From an uncultured Alphaproteobacteria bacterium (GTDB lineage Bacteria > Pseudomonadota > Alphaproteobacteria > HIMB59): a stretch of DNA of 64,000 bases. The position numbers were made by a program, and so were the translations under genes. The number at the start of each line of letters is the position of its first letter. The first letter of the stretch is position 1. The notes beneath the pieces were generated by a model, which was not told the origin of the DNA, searched no databases, and saw only the letters and a program-made list of their open reading frames with translations. Positions 52,598-62,129 of the stretch are shown here, in pieces. The stretch lies in NCBI GenBank assembly GCA_902521795.1, contig CABYSX010000007.1, forward strand, positions 297-64,296. Direction: 5' to 3'.

Positions 52598-54499
52598 TTA
52601 CTTGAAAATACTATTTAGTATATTGTTTTTGCTAAATATCAAACTTCCTAGATGTTTAGCACCATACTGTGTTAGATGGGCACCATCATATGTCAATAAT
52701 TTGCCTTTATGAATTATTTTACAGTAATCTTTTTCACCACATATAATATTTTGAATATTAATATAATTGTCAAATAGTTCATCAAGTTGAATATTGATTT
52801 TTTTCACTCTTTCATAAACTCCAAATTGATTAACTTCTCTCTTATCCTTTGGCAAATTTAGGATGTGTTTAACACTTAAATTTCCAAAATTTTTTGGTCC
52901 AATTATATAAATTTCAGCATTTGTTTTTAAAGATATATTTGCTAGGCTTTGAGGTAGGATCGGAATTAACCATTCTCTCCAACTAGATACTAAAAAAACG
53001 TAATCAGCTTGATTTAAAATATTTAAAAGTTTTTTGTTATTAAATCTATTTTGATCCTTGCATCTTTTTAAATTAGTTTGAGAGATGAATTTAGAAATTT
53101 CATTTTTATCTAAATATAAATTACCACATGATCTTGATATGTGAAAAGTAGAAATTTCAGTCTTATCGTCTATAAGGTTATTTTCAAATATCATATTTAC
53201 AAAATCCATTGCAAAGCTATCTCCAATAATTAATATGTTTGAAAGTTTGCTATCATTAAATTCTTTTAATAAATTATTTGTAAAATACTCTTCAGTATAC
53301 GAGCCCTCTTTTATTATATCTAAAGTTAATAACTCTTGTTCAAGGATATCTGTATTTTTAAAATTTAGCCCATTAGTTTTTTTAACAAAAAAATAAAATA
53401 TTGTTGAAAAAGCAATCAAGGTTATTAGTAATAAATTTATTGGATTATAAAAAGAATAATTATCTCTAAATTTTAATCTTGATGGTACTTCTATATATTT
53501 CCAAGTTATATACGATAGTGGAAATATAATAAAAAGAGAGGCAGGTATTAGAAAATTTAACTTATTATCAAAATCGTAAACTCTTATAAATGCAAATATT
53601 GGGTGATGAATTAGATATAGACTAAAACTAATTAAACCAATTTTGACTAATATTTTATGACTAAGTAATTGGCCTAGTAAGTCATCTTTAGAGGTAAATA
53701 AGATTATCATTGAGGTTCCTAATACTACTGGAAGTGTATATTGAGACGGAACAGTGAAATTTGAACTTACAAACAAAAGAGATGATATTATTAAAATGAA
53801 GCCAAAATATGAAAAAAAAGATTTTTTTTTAATATTTATTTTGAATTTTATTAAAGCGCATAAAGATCCGAACAAAATTTCCCATCCTCGTGTAGGTAAA
53901 AGATAAAATATTGCCTCATTTCCTATATCTGAGTTTATGTCTGAGAAAATATTTATTAAAAAACTTAATAGTAAAAAAAACATTATATAAATAAAAATGT
54001 TTTGTTTATATCTAAATAACAAAAAAATAAATAAAGGAAATATCAAATAAAATTGCTCTTCAATTGAAAGACTCCAAAAATGAAGCAAAGGTTTTTCTAG
54101 ATCTATATTTCTAAAATAACCATCCTCTCTCCAAAAATAAATATTTGAAAAAAAAATTGATGAAAAAAATAGACTCTCAGAATACTTAATGATTTCTGAT
54201 GGTATCATAAACATAACAGATAAAATTACAGTCATAAAAAAAGTAATTGAAATCATAGGAATTAATCTGGTAATTCTGTGAATGTAAAATTTTTTAATGG
54301 AAAATTTATTATTTAATAAATCATTATATAAAATTGAAGTTATCAAATATCCACTTATCACAAAAAAAATATCTACGCCAAGGAACCCACCTTTTAAAAT
54401 ATTTTTATCAATGTGAAAAATTATTACTGAAATAATAGCAATAGCTCTTAATCCATCAATCTCTGGCCTATATAAGAAGTTGTTTTTTTTATTAATCAA
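52598..54499 (-). CDS. Acyltransferase-3 plus SGNH domain O-acetyltransferase (OafA/OatA-like)
   Basis: YRPEIDGLRAIA, GGFLGVDIFFVISGYLIT, HFWSLSIEEQFY, GDSFA, DGAHLT. Confidence 0.9.
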   Translation of the reverse strand: MINKKNNFLYRPEIDGLRAIAIISVIIFHIDKNILKGGFLGVDIFFVISGYLITSILYNDLLNNKFSIKKFYIHRITRLIPMISITFFMTVILSVMFMIPSEIIKYSESLFFSSIFFSNIYFWREDGYFRNIDLEKPLLHFWSLSIEEQFYLIFPLFIFLLFRYKQNIFIYIMFFLLLSFLINIFSDINSDIGNEAIFYLLPTRGWEILFGSLCALIKFKINIKKKSFFSYFGFILIISSLLFVSSNFTVPSQYTLPVVLGTSMIILFTSKDDLLGQLLSHKILVKIGLISFSLYLIHHPIFAFIRVYDFDNKLNFLIPASLFIIFPLSYITWKYIEVPSRLKFRDNYSFYNPINLLLITLIAFSTIFYFFVKKTNGLNFKNTDILEQELLTLDIIKEGSYTEEYFTNNLLKEFNDSKLSNILIIGDSFAMDFVNMIFENNLIDDKTEISTFHISRSCGNLYLDKNEISKFISQTNLKRCKDQNRFNNKKLLNILNQADYVFLVSSWREWLIPILPQSLANISLKTNAEIYIIGPKNFGNLSVKHILNLPKDKREVNQFGVYERVKKINIQLDELFDNYINIQNIICGEKDYCKIIHKGKLLTYDGAHLTQYGAKHLGSLIFSKNNILNSIFK

Positions 54500-54590
54500 T
54501 AGTTATGAAATTATCAAGATTAAGTTATTCGTGTGTAGTAAAAATTGCAAGTTGTTAAAAAGTTATATAAATATATTGTTTTTTAATTAG

Positions 54591-54665
54591 GCCGCCGTAG
54601 CTCAGTGGTAGAGCACACCCTTGGTAAGGGTGGGGTCGGAAGTTCAATTCTTCTCGGCGGCACCA
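54591..54665 (+). tRNA. tRNA-Thr(GGT)
   Basis: Acceptor GCCGCCG/CGGCGGC; anticodon arm CACCC-TTGGTAA-GGGTG; TTCAA; CCA. Confidence 0.96.
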
Positions 54666-54901
54666 TTTTCAATATAAATTCTAATAACTTTTTGATAAGC
54701 TCACTTTATTGATAAGTTTGTTTTTTTTAATTTAAAAATATTATCTATTTTTTAGGCAATTTGAAAAAGTTTAAAATTAATAAGAACAATTTTATTCAAC
54801 TTATATATTAAAAAATAACAAAATTTTTCATGAAAAACTTTGAAAATTTTCAATTTTTTTTATTTTTAAATGATATGCTTATACTTAATTAGAAAACTAT
54901 A

Positions 54902-55630
54902 ATGAAAACAAATAAAGTTATGCTTATTACTGGAGCTACTTCTGGTGTTGGAAAAGCCTTAGCAGAACATTATTATAAAAAAAATTATAAATTAATTCTT
55001 GTAGGTGGGTCAAAAGAGAAAGTAGAAAAACAATTCAGGAAATATAAGAAAAATACATTATTTATTTGTGCTGATTTGACGAAACCAAAAGATATTAAAA
55101 GAATTGTTGATGACTCAATAAATAGATTTAAAAAGATTGATATCTTAATAGCAAATGCGGGTTTATATGAACCAGATAAAATAACATCTGGCAATCCAGA
55201 TAGATGGGATCGTGTGATAAGTGTTAATGTCACAAGTATTTTTAGACTTGTAAATTTAGTTTTACCTCACATGAAAAAAAATAAATTTGGTGATATTGCT
55301 ATAACTAGCTCAATTTCAGGTCACCAAGCTATACACTGGGAACCAATATATAGTGCATCAAAACATGCAATTCAATCATTTGCTCATGGATTAAGAACTC
55401 AAGTTTCTAAAAACAATATAAGGGTTATTTCAATAGCACCTGGAATGATTATGACGGAATTATGGGATTTAGAACCAATAAGGGATAAAAAATATATCAA
55501 TAACATGATTAAAGAGGGAAATGCATTAGATGTAAAAGAGGTTGTATCTTGTTTTGATTTTGCATTATCTAGGGGTAGAGGAGCTAATATTAGAGACCTA
55601 GTTATTCTTCCAACAAATCAAAGCCTTTAG
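54902..55630 (+). CDS. SDR oxidoreductase, ribitol dehydrogenase-like
   Basis: TGATSGVG, ANAGLY, WEPIYSASKHA (RbtD-like, recalled). Confidence 0.75.
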   Translation: MKTNKVMLITGATSGVGKALAEHYYKKNYKLILVGGSKEKVEKQFRKYKKNTLFICADLTKPKDIKRIVDDSINRFKKIDILIANAGLYEPDKITSGNPDRWDRVISVNVTSIFRLVNLVLPHMKKNKFGDIAITSSISGHQAIHWEPIYSASKHAIQSFAHGLRTQVSKNNIRVISIAPGMIMTELWDLEPIRDKKYINNMIKEGNALDVKEVVSCFDFALSRGRGANIRDLVILPTNQSL

Positions 55631-55644
55631 TAAGTCTTTTCTGA

Positions 55645-57474
55645 ATGCGTGAGTATAAATATATAGAAAAAATTTTAAGTAATCTTATTTCTGAAAGAGA
55701 ATTATCATATTTGTCTCTGGATAAATCAAATGATGATTTATCAAAACTTTTTAGAGCTTTTATTATACAATTTTTTAAAAATAGCCATGATTACAAAAAG
55801 TCTTTAGACATTTTAAAATCTGAAGAAAATAATCCATCTTTAAATTTATTTGAAAAATTCTTTAGCATGGATATTAAGAATATTTCATATAAATATGATG
55901 CTCTATCAGAGAAAAATTTATGGAATTTATTTTGTCCAGAAGCATCAGAGGCTTCTGAAGATCCAAATGCTTTAAAAGAAAAATTATTAAAAAAAAGAAA
56001 ACTAAGTAATCTTAATCAAAGTAAAAAGACTTTATCAAACCCTTCAAAGGAAATCTTATTTTCTAGTAATGTGTTAATTACAACTCCTTCAGATTTTTCC
56101 TCCCCAAATATTCCTGAAGAAATTAAATATGAAGTACAAGAATTTAAAAATATTAATCAAAGTTTTTGGTATGACCATCCTATTCCATTAGACGCATCAA
56201 CAATTGAAAATGAAATTATCTATGGTCTAGAAAATCTTGATAATGCAATAGCTTTTGAGGTTCAAAGAAATAATATTGATAAATTAGGTAAAATTACTCT
56301 TGTTTTATCAGTCTCCGTCACTCATCAAGGATTAGAAAAAATTGCTCTTAGATATTTAAAATCCATCATCAAAACAAACTTAAAATTAAAGCATATTGAT
56401 GTGTTTTTGTTTGATGAGGATATCTGTAATAAGATTACTTCAATTGTATTCCCAGATAAAGATGAGACAAATAACATTATGGGCGTAAATGGAAATTATG
56501 GACGGCATTTTACGTTTTTAAAATACATACTACTACTCTGGAATAAGTTTGTAGACTCAAACATTAGTTATAGCTTTAAAATAGATCTAGACCAAATTTT
56601 TGATCAAGAGGTTCTATTAAATACAACAGGGTTTTCAATTTTTGAGATTTTTAAAAGCCAAAAATATTGGGGTGGTATGGCTACTGATCAAAATGGAAAA
56701 AAAGTTGATCTTGGACTGTTAGCTGGTGCTCTAGTAAACAAAAAAGATATCTCTAAAAGCCTGTTTACACCCGATGTTAAAAGACCTGATAATAATGATT
56801 TATTTTCAAAACTAACTTCAAAGAATATTTTTTGTCCAGAGTGGCCACAATCAGTTTCTACTGAAACTGAACTAATGTACCGCTCAGATGATATTCAAAG
56901 AATTCATGTAACTGGTGGTACAACTGGAATAACTTTAGATAGTTTAAAAAAATGGGTGCCCTTTACGCCTAGTTTTATAAATAGAGCTGAGGATCAAGCT
57001 TTTGGTATTTCTACTATTCAAGAAGGTGAATATTTAAGTCATATTCATGGAAAAGATTTAATCATGAGACATGACAAACATGCCTTCGCAATGAAAAGTA
57101 TAGAGATTTCTAAATTTGGAAAAGAAATTGGAAATTTGGAAAGAATATTGTTGTTTAGTCAATACGCTGATGAGCATGAATTAGGTTATGAAAAATTAAA
57201 ACATTGGTTATGGCCATTTACTTCATCTTTTCTATCGAAGTATCCTGATCTTTTAACTGGGCTTATATTTTTAATTGATGGATGTTTTAATGGAGGTGAC
57301 TATGTCAGATCTGGATCGAAAAGATTAATGGAAACTCATATTTTTTGTAAAACAAAATTAAATATACAACTTCAAAATGAAAAAATTTTTTGGAAAGAAC
57401 TTGTGGAAAGATTAGAGAATTTCAAAGATTTTAACAATAATCTCAAATCAATTCTTAGTACTAATAGAGTCTAA
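55645..57474 (+). CDS. Hypothetical protein, possible GT-A fold
   Basis: 609 aa; FKIDLDQ, HVTGGTTG, RAEDQ, MRHDK motifs. Confidence 0.65.
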   Translation: MREYKYIEKILSNLISERELSYLSLDKSNDDLSKLFRAFIIQFFKNSHDYKKSLDILKSEENNPSLNLFEKFFSMDIKNISYKYDALSEKNLWNLFCPEASEASEDPNALKEKLLKKRKLSNLNQSKKTLSNPSKEILFSSNVLITTPSDFSSPNIPEEIKYEVQEFKNINQSFWYDHPIPLDASTIENEIIYGLENLDNAIAFEVQRNNIDKLGKITLVLSVSVTHQGLEKIALRYLKSIIKTNLKLKHIDVFLFDEDICNKITSIVFPDKDETNNIMGVNGNYGRHFTFLKYILLLWNKFVDSNISYSFKIDLDQIFDQEVLLNTTGFSIFEIFKSQKYWGGMATDQNGKKVDLGLLAGALVNKKDISKSLFTPDVKRPDNNDLFSKLTSKNIFCPEWPQSVSTETELMYRSDDIQRIHVTGGTTGITLDSLKKWVPFTPSFINRAEDQAFGISTIQEGEYLSHIHGKDLIMRHDKHAFAMKSIEISKFGKEIGNLERILLFSQYADEHELGYEKLKHWLWPFTSSFLSKYPDLLTGLIFLIDGCFNGGDYVRSGSKRLMETHIFCKTKLNIQLQNEKIFWKELVERLENFKDFNNNLKSILSTNRV

Positions 57475-57538
57475 CCCGCTTTAACTACAATTGTAGTTTT
57501 ATTGTATAATTGCTAATAAATTAGTATTAAATGTAGTT

Positions 57539-58138
57539 ATGGATTTAGAAATTAGAAAGTTTGTAAACTACTCTGAAATAGTACATATAGAGGGTTTTAA
57601 AAAAGCTGATAAACCTCTGCATATATTTGCTGTTGCAGCTGTAATAACAAATCCTTGGTCTGGTAAATATATTGATGATTTAAAACCAGAAATTCAATCA
57701 TTTGCACCTATTCTAGGACAAGAATTATCAGACAGAATACTTAAAATTGCTGGAAGCCCCGATCAAGTTGAAGCCTACGGTAAGGCTGCAGTAGTGGGAA
57801 CTGAGGGGGAAATAGAGCATGGTTCTGCGTTTACTCATACACTTAGATTTGGAAACTTTTTTCGAAATGCAGTTGATGCAAAAACTTATCTAATTTTTAC
57901 AAATACCAGAGGGCCAGCTAATGCCCCTATAATGATACCCTTAATGGACAAACACGATCCTGGCAAAAGATCTCATTATCACACAATTCAATTTGCTATT
58001 TCAGATAGCCCAGCTGCAAACGAAATTGTTATTGCTTTAGGTGGAGCTGACGGTGGAAGACCCCATCATAGAATTGGAGATCGATATCAAGATTTAAAAG
58101 AACTTGGTAATGATATCGATGATCCTGCAAAAAAATAA
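57539..58138 (+). CDS. AA_synth (PF06684)-like protein, TgnF-like
   Basis: AAVITNPW, YGKAAVVG..GEIEH, RSHY, DEIV-like NEIV, GRPHHRIGDR. Confidence 0.82.
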   Translation: MDLEIRKFVNYSEIVHIEGFKKADKPLHIFAVAAVITNPWSGKYIDDLKPEIQSFAPILGQELSDRILKIAGSPDQVEAYGKAAVVGTEGEIEHGSAFTHTLRFGNFFRNAVDAKTYLIFTNTRGPANAPIMIPLMDKHDPGKRSHYHTIQFAISDSPAANEIVIALGGADGGRPHHRIGDRYQDLKELGNDIDDPAKK

Positions 58139-58934
58139 ATCTCAAAAAGGTATTGCTTTTCATAAATCTGGCAAAGGAGATCCGATTATTTTAATTCATG
58201 GTCTTGGACTCAGTGCAGAGTGTTGGTACAAACAAATTTCTTTTTTAAAAAAAGATTATACTGTTTATGCTTTAGATCTACCCGGACATGGCAAAAGTGA
58301 TCTCTTATCACAAGCAAAACCTCTATTAAAAAACTATAGCAATAAAATAATAAATTTTATTAAAGATAAAAAAATTATTAAACCAATTTTAATTGGACAC
58401 TCTTTGGGAGCCTTAATAACTATACAAATAGCAGGTCAAAGTCCAAAACTATTAAAATCTGGTATTGCTGTATCACCGATTTTTAATAGATCAAAATTAG
58501 CATTAAAAAAAGTTCAAGTTAGAGCTAAAGAATTAGAATTGAATACTGATAAAAAAAATATTGCCAAGGAGCCTCTAAAAAGATGGTTTGGTTCATCTAA
58601 AACTAAAATTGCTCTTGATAATTATAAATTTGTTGAACGTTTAATTAAAAATAATAAAAGATCATTTAATTATAAAGGATACTTGATTGGTTATAAAACC
58701 TTTTCAGAAATTAAAGGAAACACCAATGAGGAAATTAAGAAAATTAAATGTCCGATGATGTTCATTACAGGTGAAAAAGATCAAAATTCCTCTCCTTTGA
58801 TGTCAAAAAAATTAGCTAAATTTCATAACAGTAAAATATTGATTATAAAAAATGCAAGGCATGCTTTATTTTTAACACATTTCAATCAATTTAATTTTCA
58901 TTTAAATCAATTTATTAAGGGTTTAGAGTACTAA
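58104..58934 (+). CDS. Alpha/beta hydrolase, TgnD-like
   Basis: LIHGLG, DLPGHG, GHSLG, TGEKDQNS, RH. Confidence 0.82.
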   Translation: MVMISMILQKNKSQKGIAFHKSGKGDPIILIHGLGLSAECWYKQISFLKKDYTVYALDLPGHGKSDLLSQAKPLLKNYSNKIINFIKDKKIIKPILIGHSLGALITIQIAGQSPKLLKSGIAVSPIFNRSKLALKKVQVRAKELELNTDKKNIAKEPLKRWFGSSKTKIALDNYKFVERLIKNNKRSFNYKGYLIGYKTFSEIKGNTNEEIKKIKCPMMFITGEKDQNSSPLMSKKLAKFHNSKILIIKNARHALFLTHFNQFNFHLNQFIKGLEY

Positions 58935-58949
58935 CAGGTTAATCAAATT

Positions 58950-59987
58950 ATGAAATTTTCCTTATTCGTTCATATGATCAGAGATAATGCTGATCAATCA
59001 TACACTCAATTATATGAGGATTTCATTAGTCTATGCCAAATGGCAGATCAAAGTGACATGAGAGCAATTTGGACTGGAGAGCATCATGCGATGAACTATG
59101 CGATTGCTCCAAATCCTTTTATTACGATTGCAGATCTTTGCCGATATACAAAGAAGATACAATTGGGAACAGGAACACTAATTGTTCCTTTTTGGCATCC
59201 AATTAAATTAGCTGGCGAAGCGGCAATGACTGACGTCTTGTCTAATGGAAGATTAGAATTAGGCCTTGCTAGAGGAGCTTACTTGTATGAATACGATAGA
59301 ATTATACCTGGAATGGACGCCATGGATGCTGGTTTGCGCATGAGAGAAATAGTTCCTACACTTCAAAAGTTATGGAAGGGTGATTATGCTCACGATGGAA
59401 AATATTTTCAATTTCCAAGCACAACTTCTATTCCCAAACCTTTACAAAACAATGGACCCCCAATATGGATAGCAGCCAGAGACCCAAATAGTCACGAATT
59501 TGCAATAGCTAATGATTGGGATGTTCAAGTAACCCCACTATGGAAAGGCTTTGATGAAATTGAAAGATTAAAAAATATATTTAATGGTATTTGCGCCAAA
59601 TATTCTGATAAACCAAAACCATTATCTATGGTTCTCAATCACTGTTATATAGGTAGTAATGATGATGACATACATAAAGGTGCTGTCGCTGTATCAAAAT
59701 TTTATAATAACTTTGGAGCTTGGTTTAAAAACAATCGATCAGTTGTCCAAGGAACAATGGATCCTCTTACTCAAGAGGAATTAGATAATAATGAAATGTG
59801 TTCTCCAAATGAGATGAAAAAAAATCAAAATATTGGAACCTTAAACGAAGTAATAGATAATATTAAACGATATGAAGATTTAGGCTTCGATGAGTACTCT
59901 ATTTGGATTGACTCTCACTTAAGTATAGAAGATAAAAAAGTTTTTTTAGATAGATTTATCTCTGATGTAATGCCTCGGTTTCAATAA
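58950..59987 (+). CDS. tgnB: Luciferase-like flavin-dependent monooxygenase, trigonelline monooxygenase-like
   Basis: MKFSLFVHM, WTGEHHAM, PFWHPIKLAGEAAMTD, AARDPNSHEFA, FGAWFKN match recalled Acinetobacter baylyi TgnB. Confidence 0.78.
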   Translation: MKFSLFVHMIRDNADQSYTQLYEDFISLCQMADQSDMRAIWTGEHHAMNYAIAPNPFITIADLCRYTKKIQLGTGTLIVPFWHPIKLAGEAAMTDVLSNGRLELGLARGAYLYEYDRIIPGMDAMDAGLRMREIVPTLQKLWKGDYAHDGKYFQFPSTTSIPKPLQNNGPPIWIAARDPNSHEFAIANDWDVQVTPLWKGFDEIERLKNIFNGICAKYSDKPKPLSMVLNHCYIGSNDDDIHKGAVAVSKFYNNFGAWFKNNRSVVQGTMDPLTQEELDNNEMCSPNEMKKNQNIGTLNEVIDNIKRYEDLGFDEYSIWIDSHLSIEDKKVFLDRFISDVMPRFQ

Positions 59988-61468
59988 TGGAAAAATTAAC
60001 TAACCACTATCAACTTTATATAAATGGGGAATGGCAATCTGGTTCCAAAAGTCAAATAATGCACTCAGAAAATCCCCATAATAATAAACCGTGGGCCAGT
60101 TTTGATTGTGCTAGCAAAGAAGATATAGATGATGCTGTAGGTTATGCAAAAAACGCTCTAGCTTCTAGAGCTTGGGGTTCGTTAAACGCCACTGAAAGAG
60201 GAAAATTATTATTTAAACTTGCCGATTTAATTGAAAAAAATGCAGATAAAATTGGAAAGATAGAAACAAAGGATAGTGGAAAATTATTAGCTGAAACAGT
60301 TACTCAAACTAAATATGTCTCTGACTATTATAGATATTTTGCAGGATTAGCAGATAAGATTGAGGGTTCTACTCTGCCAATTGATAAAAAAGATATGCAT
60401 GTTTACACAACACACTATCCAATTGGTGTAGTGGCTGCCGTTGTTCCTTGGAATGCTCAAATGTTTCTAACAGCTACAAAATTAGCACCCGCATTAGCTG
60501 CAGGATGTAGTGTTATAATAAAAGCATCAGAAATAGCCCCATGTGCGATGTTTGAATTATCAAAATTAATCCATGAAGCTAGCTTCCCAAAAGGAGTAGT
60601 CTCGATAGTAACCGGTGATGCGGAGAATTGTTCAGCTCCTTTAACTTCACACCCTGATATTGATAGAATAGCTTTTACTGGAGGCACTGATACAGCTAAA
60701 AAAATTATCCAAAATTCTTCAAATAATTTTGCTGCAACTAATTTAGAGCTTGGTGGAAAGTCTCCCATGATTATTTTTGATGATGCTGACCTTGAGAGTG
60801 CAGCAAATGGAATAATCGCAGGAAACTTTGGTGCTTCCGGACAGTCTTGTGTAGCTGGTAGTAGAGTAATAGTCCATAAAAAAATATCAAAAAAAATAAC
60901 TGATTTAATAATACAAAAATCTAAGTCAATTATTGTAGGAGATCCTGAAAATTCAAAAACTAATATAGGTCCACTTTGCACAAAAAATCAAATTCAAAAA
61001 ATTGAAAAAACACTTCAAAAATCCATTCAGCAAGGAGGAAAAATTATCATTGGTGGAAATAAAGTAAGTGGAGAAGGTAATTACTTTGAGCCAACTTTAA
61101 TACATTGTCCAAATAGTGAAATCGAAACACTTAAAATTGAAATGTTTGGGCCAGTTATCTCAATAATAGAGTTTGAGAATGAGGAAGAAGCAATCAATAT
61201 TGCAAATAGCTCAAAATATGGTCTTGGGTCAGGAATTTTTACAAAAAATTTAGCTAAAGCACATAGGGTATCAAGACAAATTCAAGCAGGAATTTGTTGG
61301 ATAAATACATATCGAGCTATTTCACCTATTGCACCTTTTGGAGGTTTTAATCAATCTGGCTATGCAAGAGAGGCGGGAAAGCAATCCATTTTAGATTACA
61401 CAAGAACTAAAACCACTTGGATTAACATATCTGATGATCCAATGACTAATCCCTTTGTAATGAGGTAA
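59987..61468 (+). CDS. Aldehyde dehydrogenase, TgnC-like
   Basis: PWN, FTGG, LELGGKSP, GQSCVAG, EMFGP; follows the tgnB-like gene. Confidence 0.88.
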   Translation: MEKLTNHYQLYINGEWQSGSKSQIMHSENPHNNKPWASFDCASKEDIDDAVGYAKNALASRAWGSLNATERGKLLFKLADLIEKNADKIGKIETKDSGKLLAETVTQTKYVSDYYRYFAGLADKIEGSTLPIDKKDMHVYTTHYPIGVVAAVVPWNAQMFLTATKLAPALAAGCSVIIKASEIAPCAMFELSKLIHEASFPKGVVSIVTGDAENCSAPLTSHPDIDRIAFTGGTDTAKKIIQNSSNNFAATNLELGGKSPMIIFDDADLESAANGIIAGNFGASGQSCVAGSRVIVHKKISKKITDLIIQKSKSIIVGDPENSKTNIGPLCTKNQIQKIEKTLQKSIQQGGKIIIGGNKVSGEGNYFEPTLIHCPNSEIETLKIEMFGPVISIIEFENEEEAINIANSSKYGLGSGIFTKNLAKAHRVSRQIQAGICWINTYRAISPIAPFGGFNQSGYAREAGKQSILDYTRTKTTWINISDDPMTNPFVMR

Positions 61469-61485
61469 TTATTTTAAGTTTAAAA

Positions 61486-61590
61486 CAGAAAAGGACCTCC
61501 GATGTCTCGACCTCGCTTTGGTTTCCCTCTTCGCGGCCTCTACTTCTTTGGTCCTTTTCCTCGTTTTGGGAAGTTTCCTACCCTCTACAT
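61486..61590. ncRNA. Candidate structured ncRNA (strand uncertain, minus favoured)
   Basis: 51 G+C in 61491-61590 within AT-rich DNA; perfect 10-bp inverted repeat 61488-61497/61550-61559; two GAAA-capped hairpins on the minus strand. Confidence 0.5.
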
Positions 61591-61685
61591 TTTTAATAAT
61601 AAATTAATCAATTTTTTTTAACAATAATAAAAATTAATTATTTACATTTTTCTGTTTATAATTTGTGAATAAGTTTAATTTGGCA

Positions 61686-62129
61686 TTAAATACGTGATAG
61701 CTCTTCAATTACATTTTTAACGTGATCTTTTACTCTAACATTACTCCAGGTCTTAATAATATTGCCTTTTTTATCTATTAGTACTGTTGATCTGATTATT
61801 CCATAATATTCCTTACCCAAAAATTTTTTTAGCCCCCAAGCTTTGTATTTTTTAAGAACTGTTGTTTTTTCATCAGATAATAAATCAAATCTTAAATTAT
61901 TTTTTTCAATAAATTTTTGATGACTTTCAATTGAATCTTTAGAAACACCAACTACTATTGCGTTAAGCTTATTTATAATTTTGAGAGAATTATTGAAATC
62001 ATTAGCTTCTAGAGAACATCCAGATGTATTATCCCTAGGGTAAAAGTATAAAATTATATTTTTCCCGAGGTGATCACGTAGGTTAAATGTTCCTGAAGAA
62101 CTAGGTAATTTAAAATTAGGTGCTTTCAC
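61686..62129 (-). CDS. bcp: Peroxiredoxin BCP/PrxQ
   Basis: YFYPRDNTSGCSLEA, GVSKDS, RSTVLID. Confidence 0.88.
   Translation of the reverse strand: MKAPNFKLPSSSGTFNLRDHLGKNIILYFYPRDNTSGCSLEANDFNNSLKIINKLNAIVVGVSKDSIESHQKFIEKNNLRFDLLSDEKTTVLKKYKAWGLKKFLGKEYYGIIRSTVLIDKKGNIIKTWSNVRVKDHVKNVIEELSRI

Larger units (their letters stand above)
52343..54665. mobile_element. Integrase-less islet bounded by tRNA-Thr direct repeats
   Basis: Direct tRNA-Thr repeat flanking one very AT-rich cargo gene. Confidence 0.6.

Noticed and set aside
61470-61620. Basic peptide readings of the GC-rich element on the minus strand (e.g. VEGRKLPKTRKRTKEVEAAKRETKARSRHRRS)
   Set aside because: No convincing ATG or RBS, the adjacent ATG is followed immediately by TAG, and the stems fit an RNA better; not fully excluded
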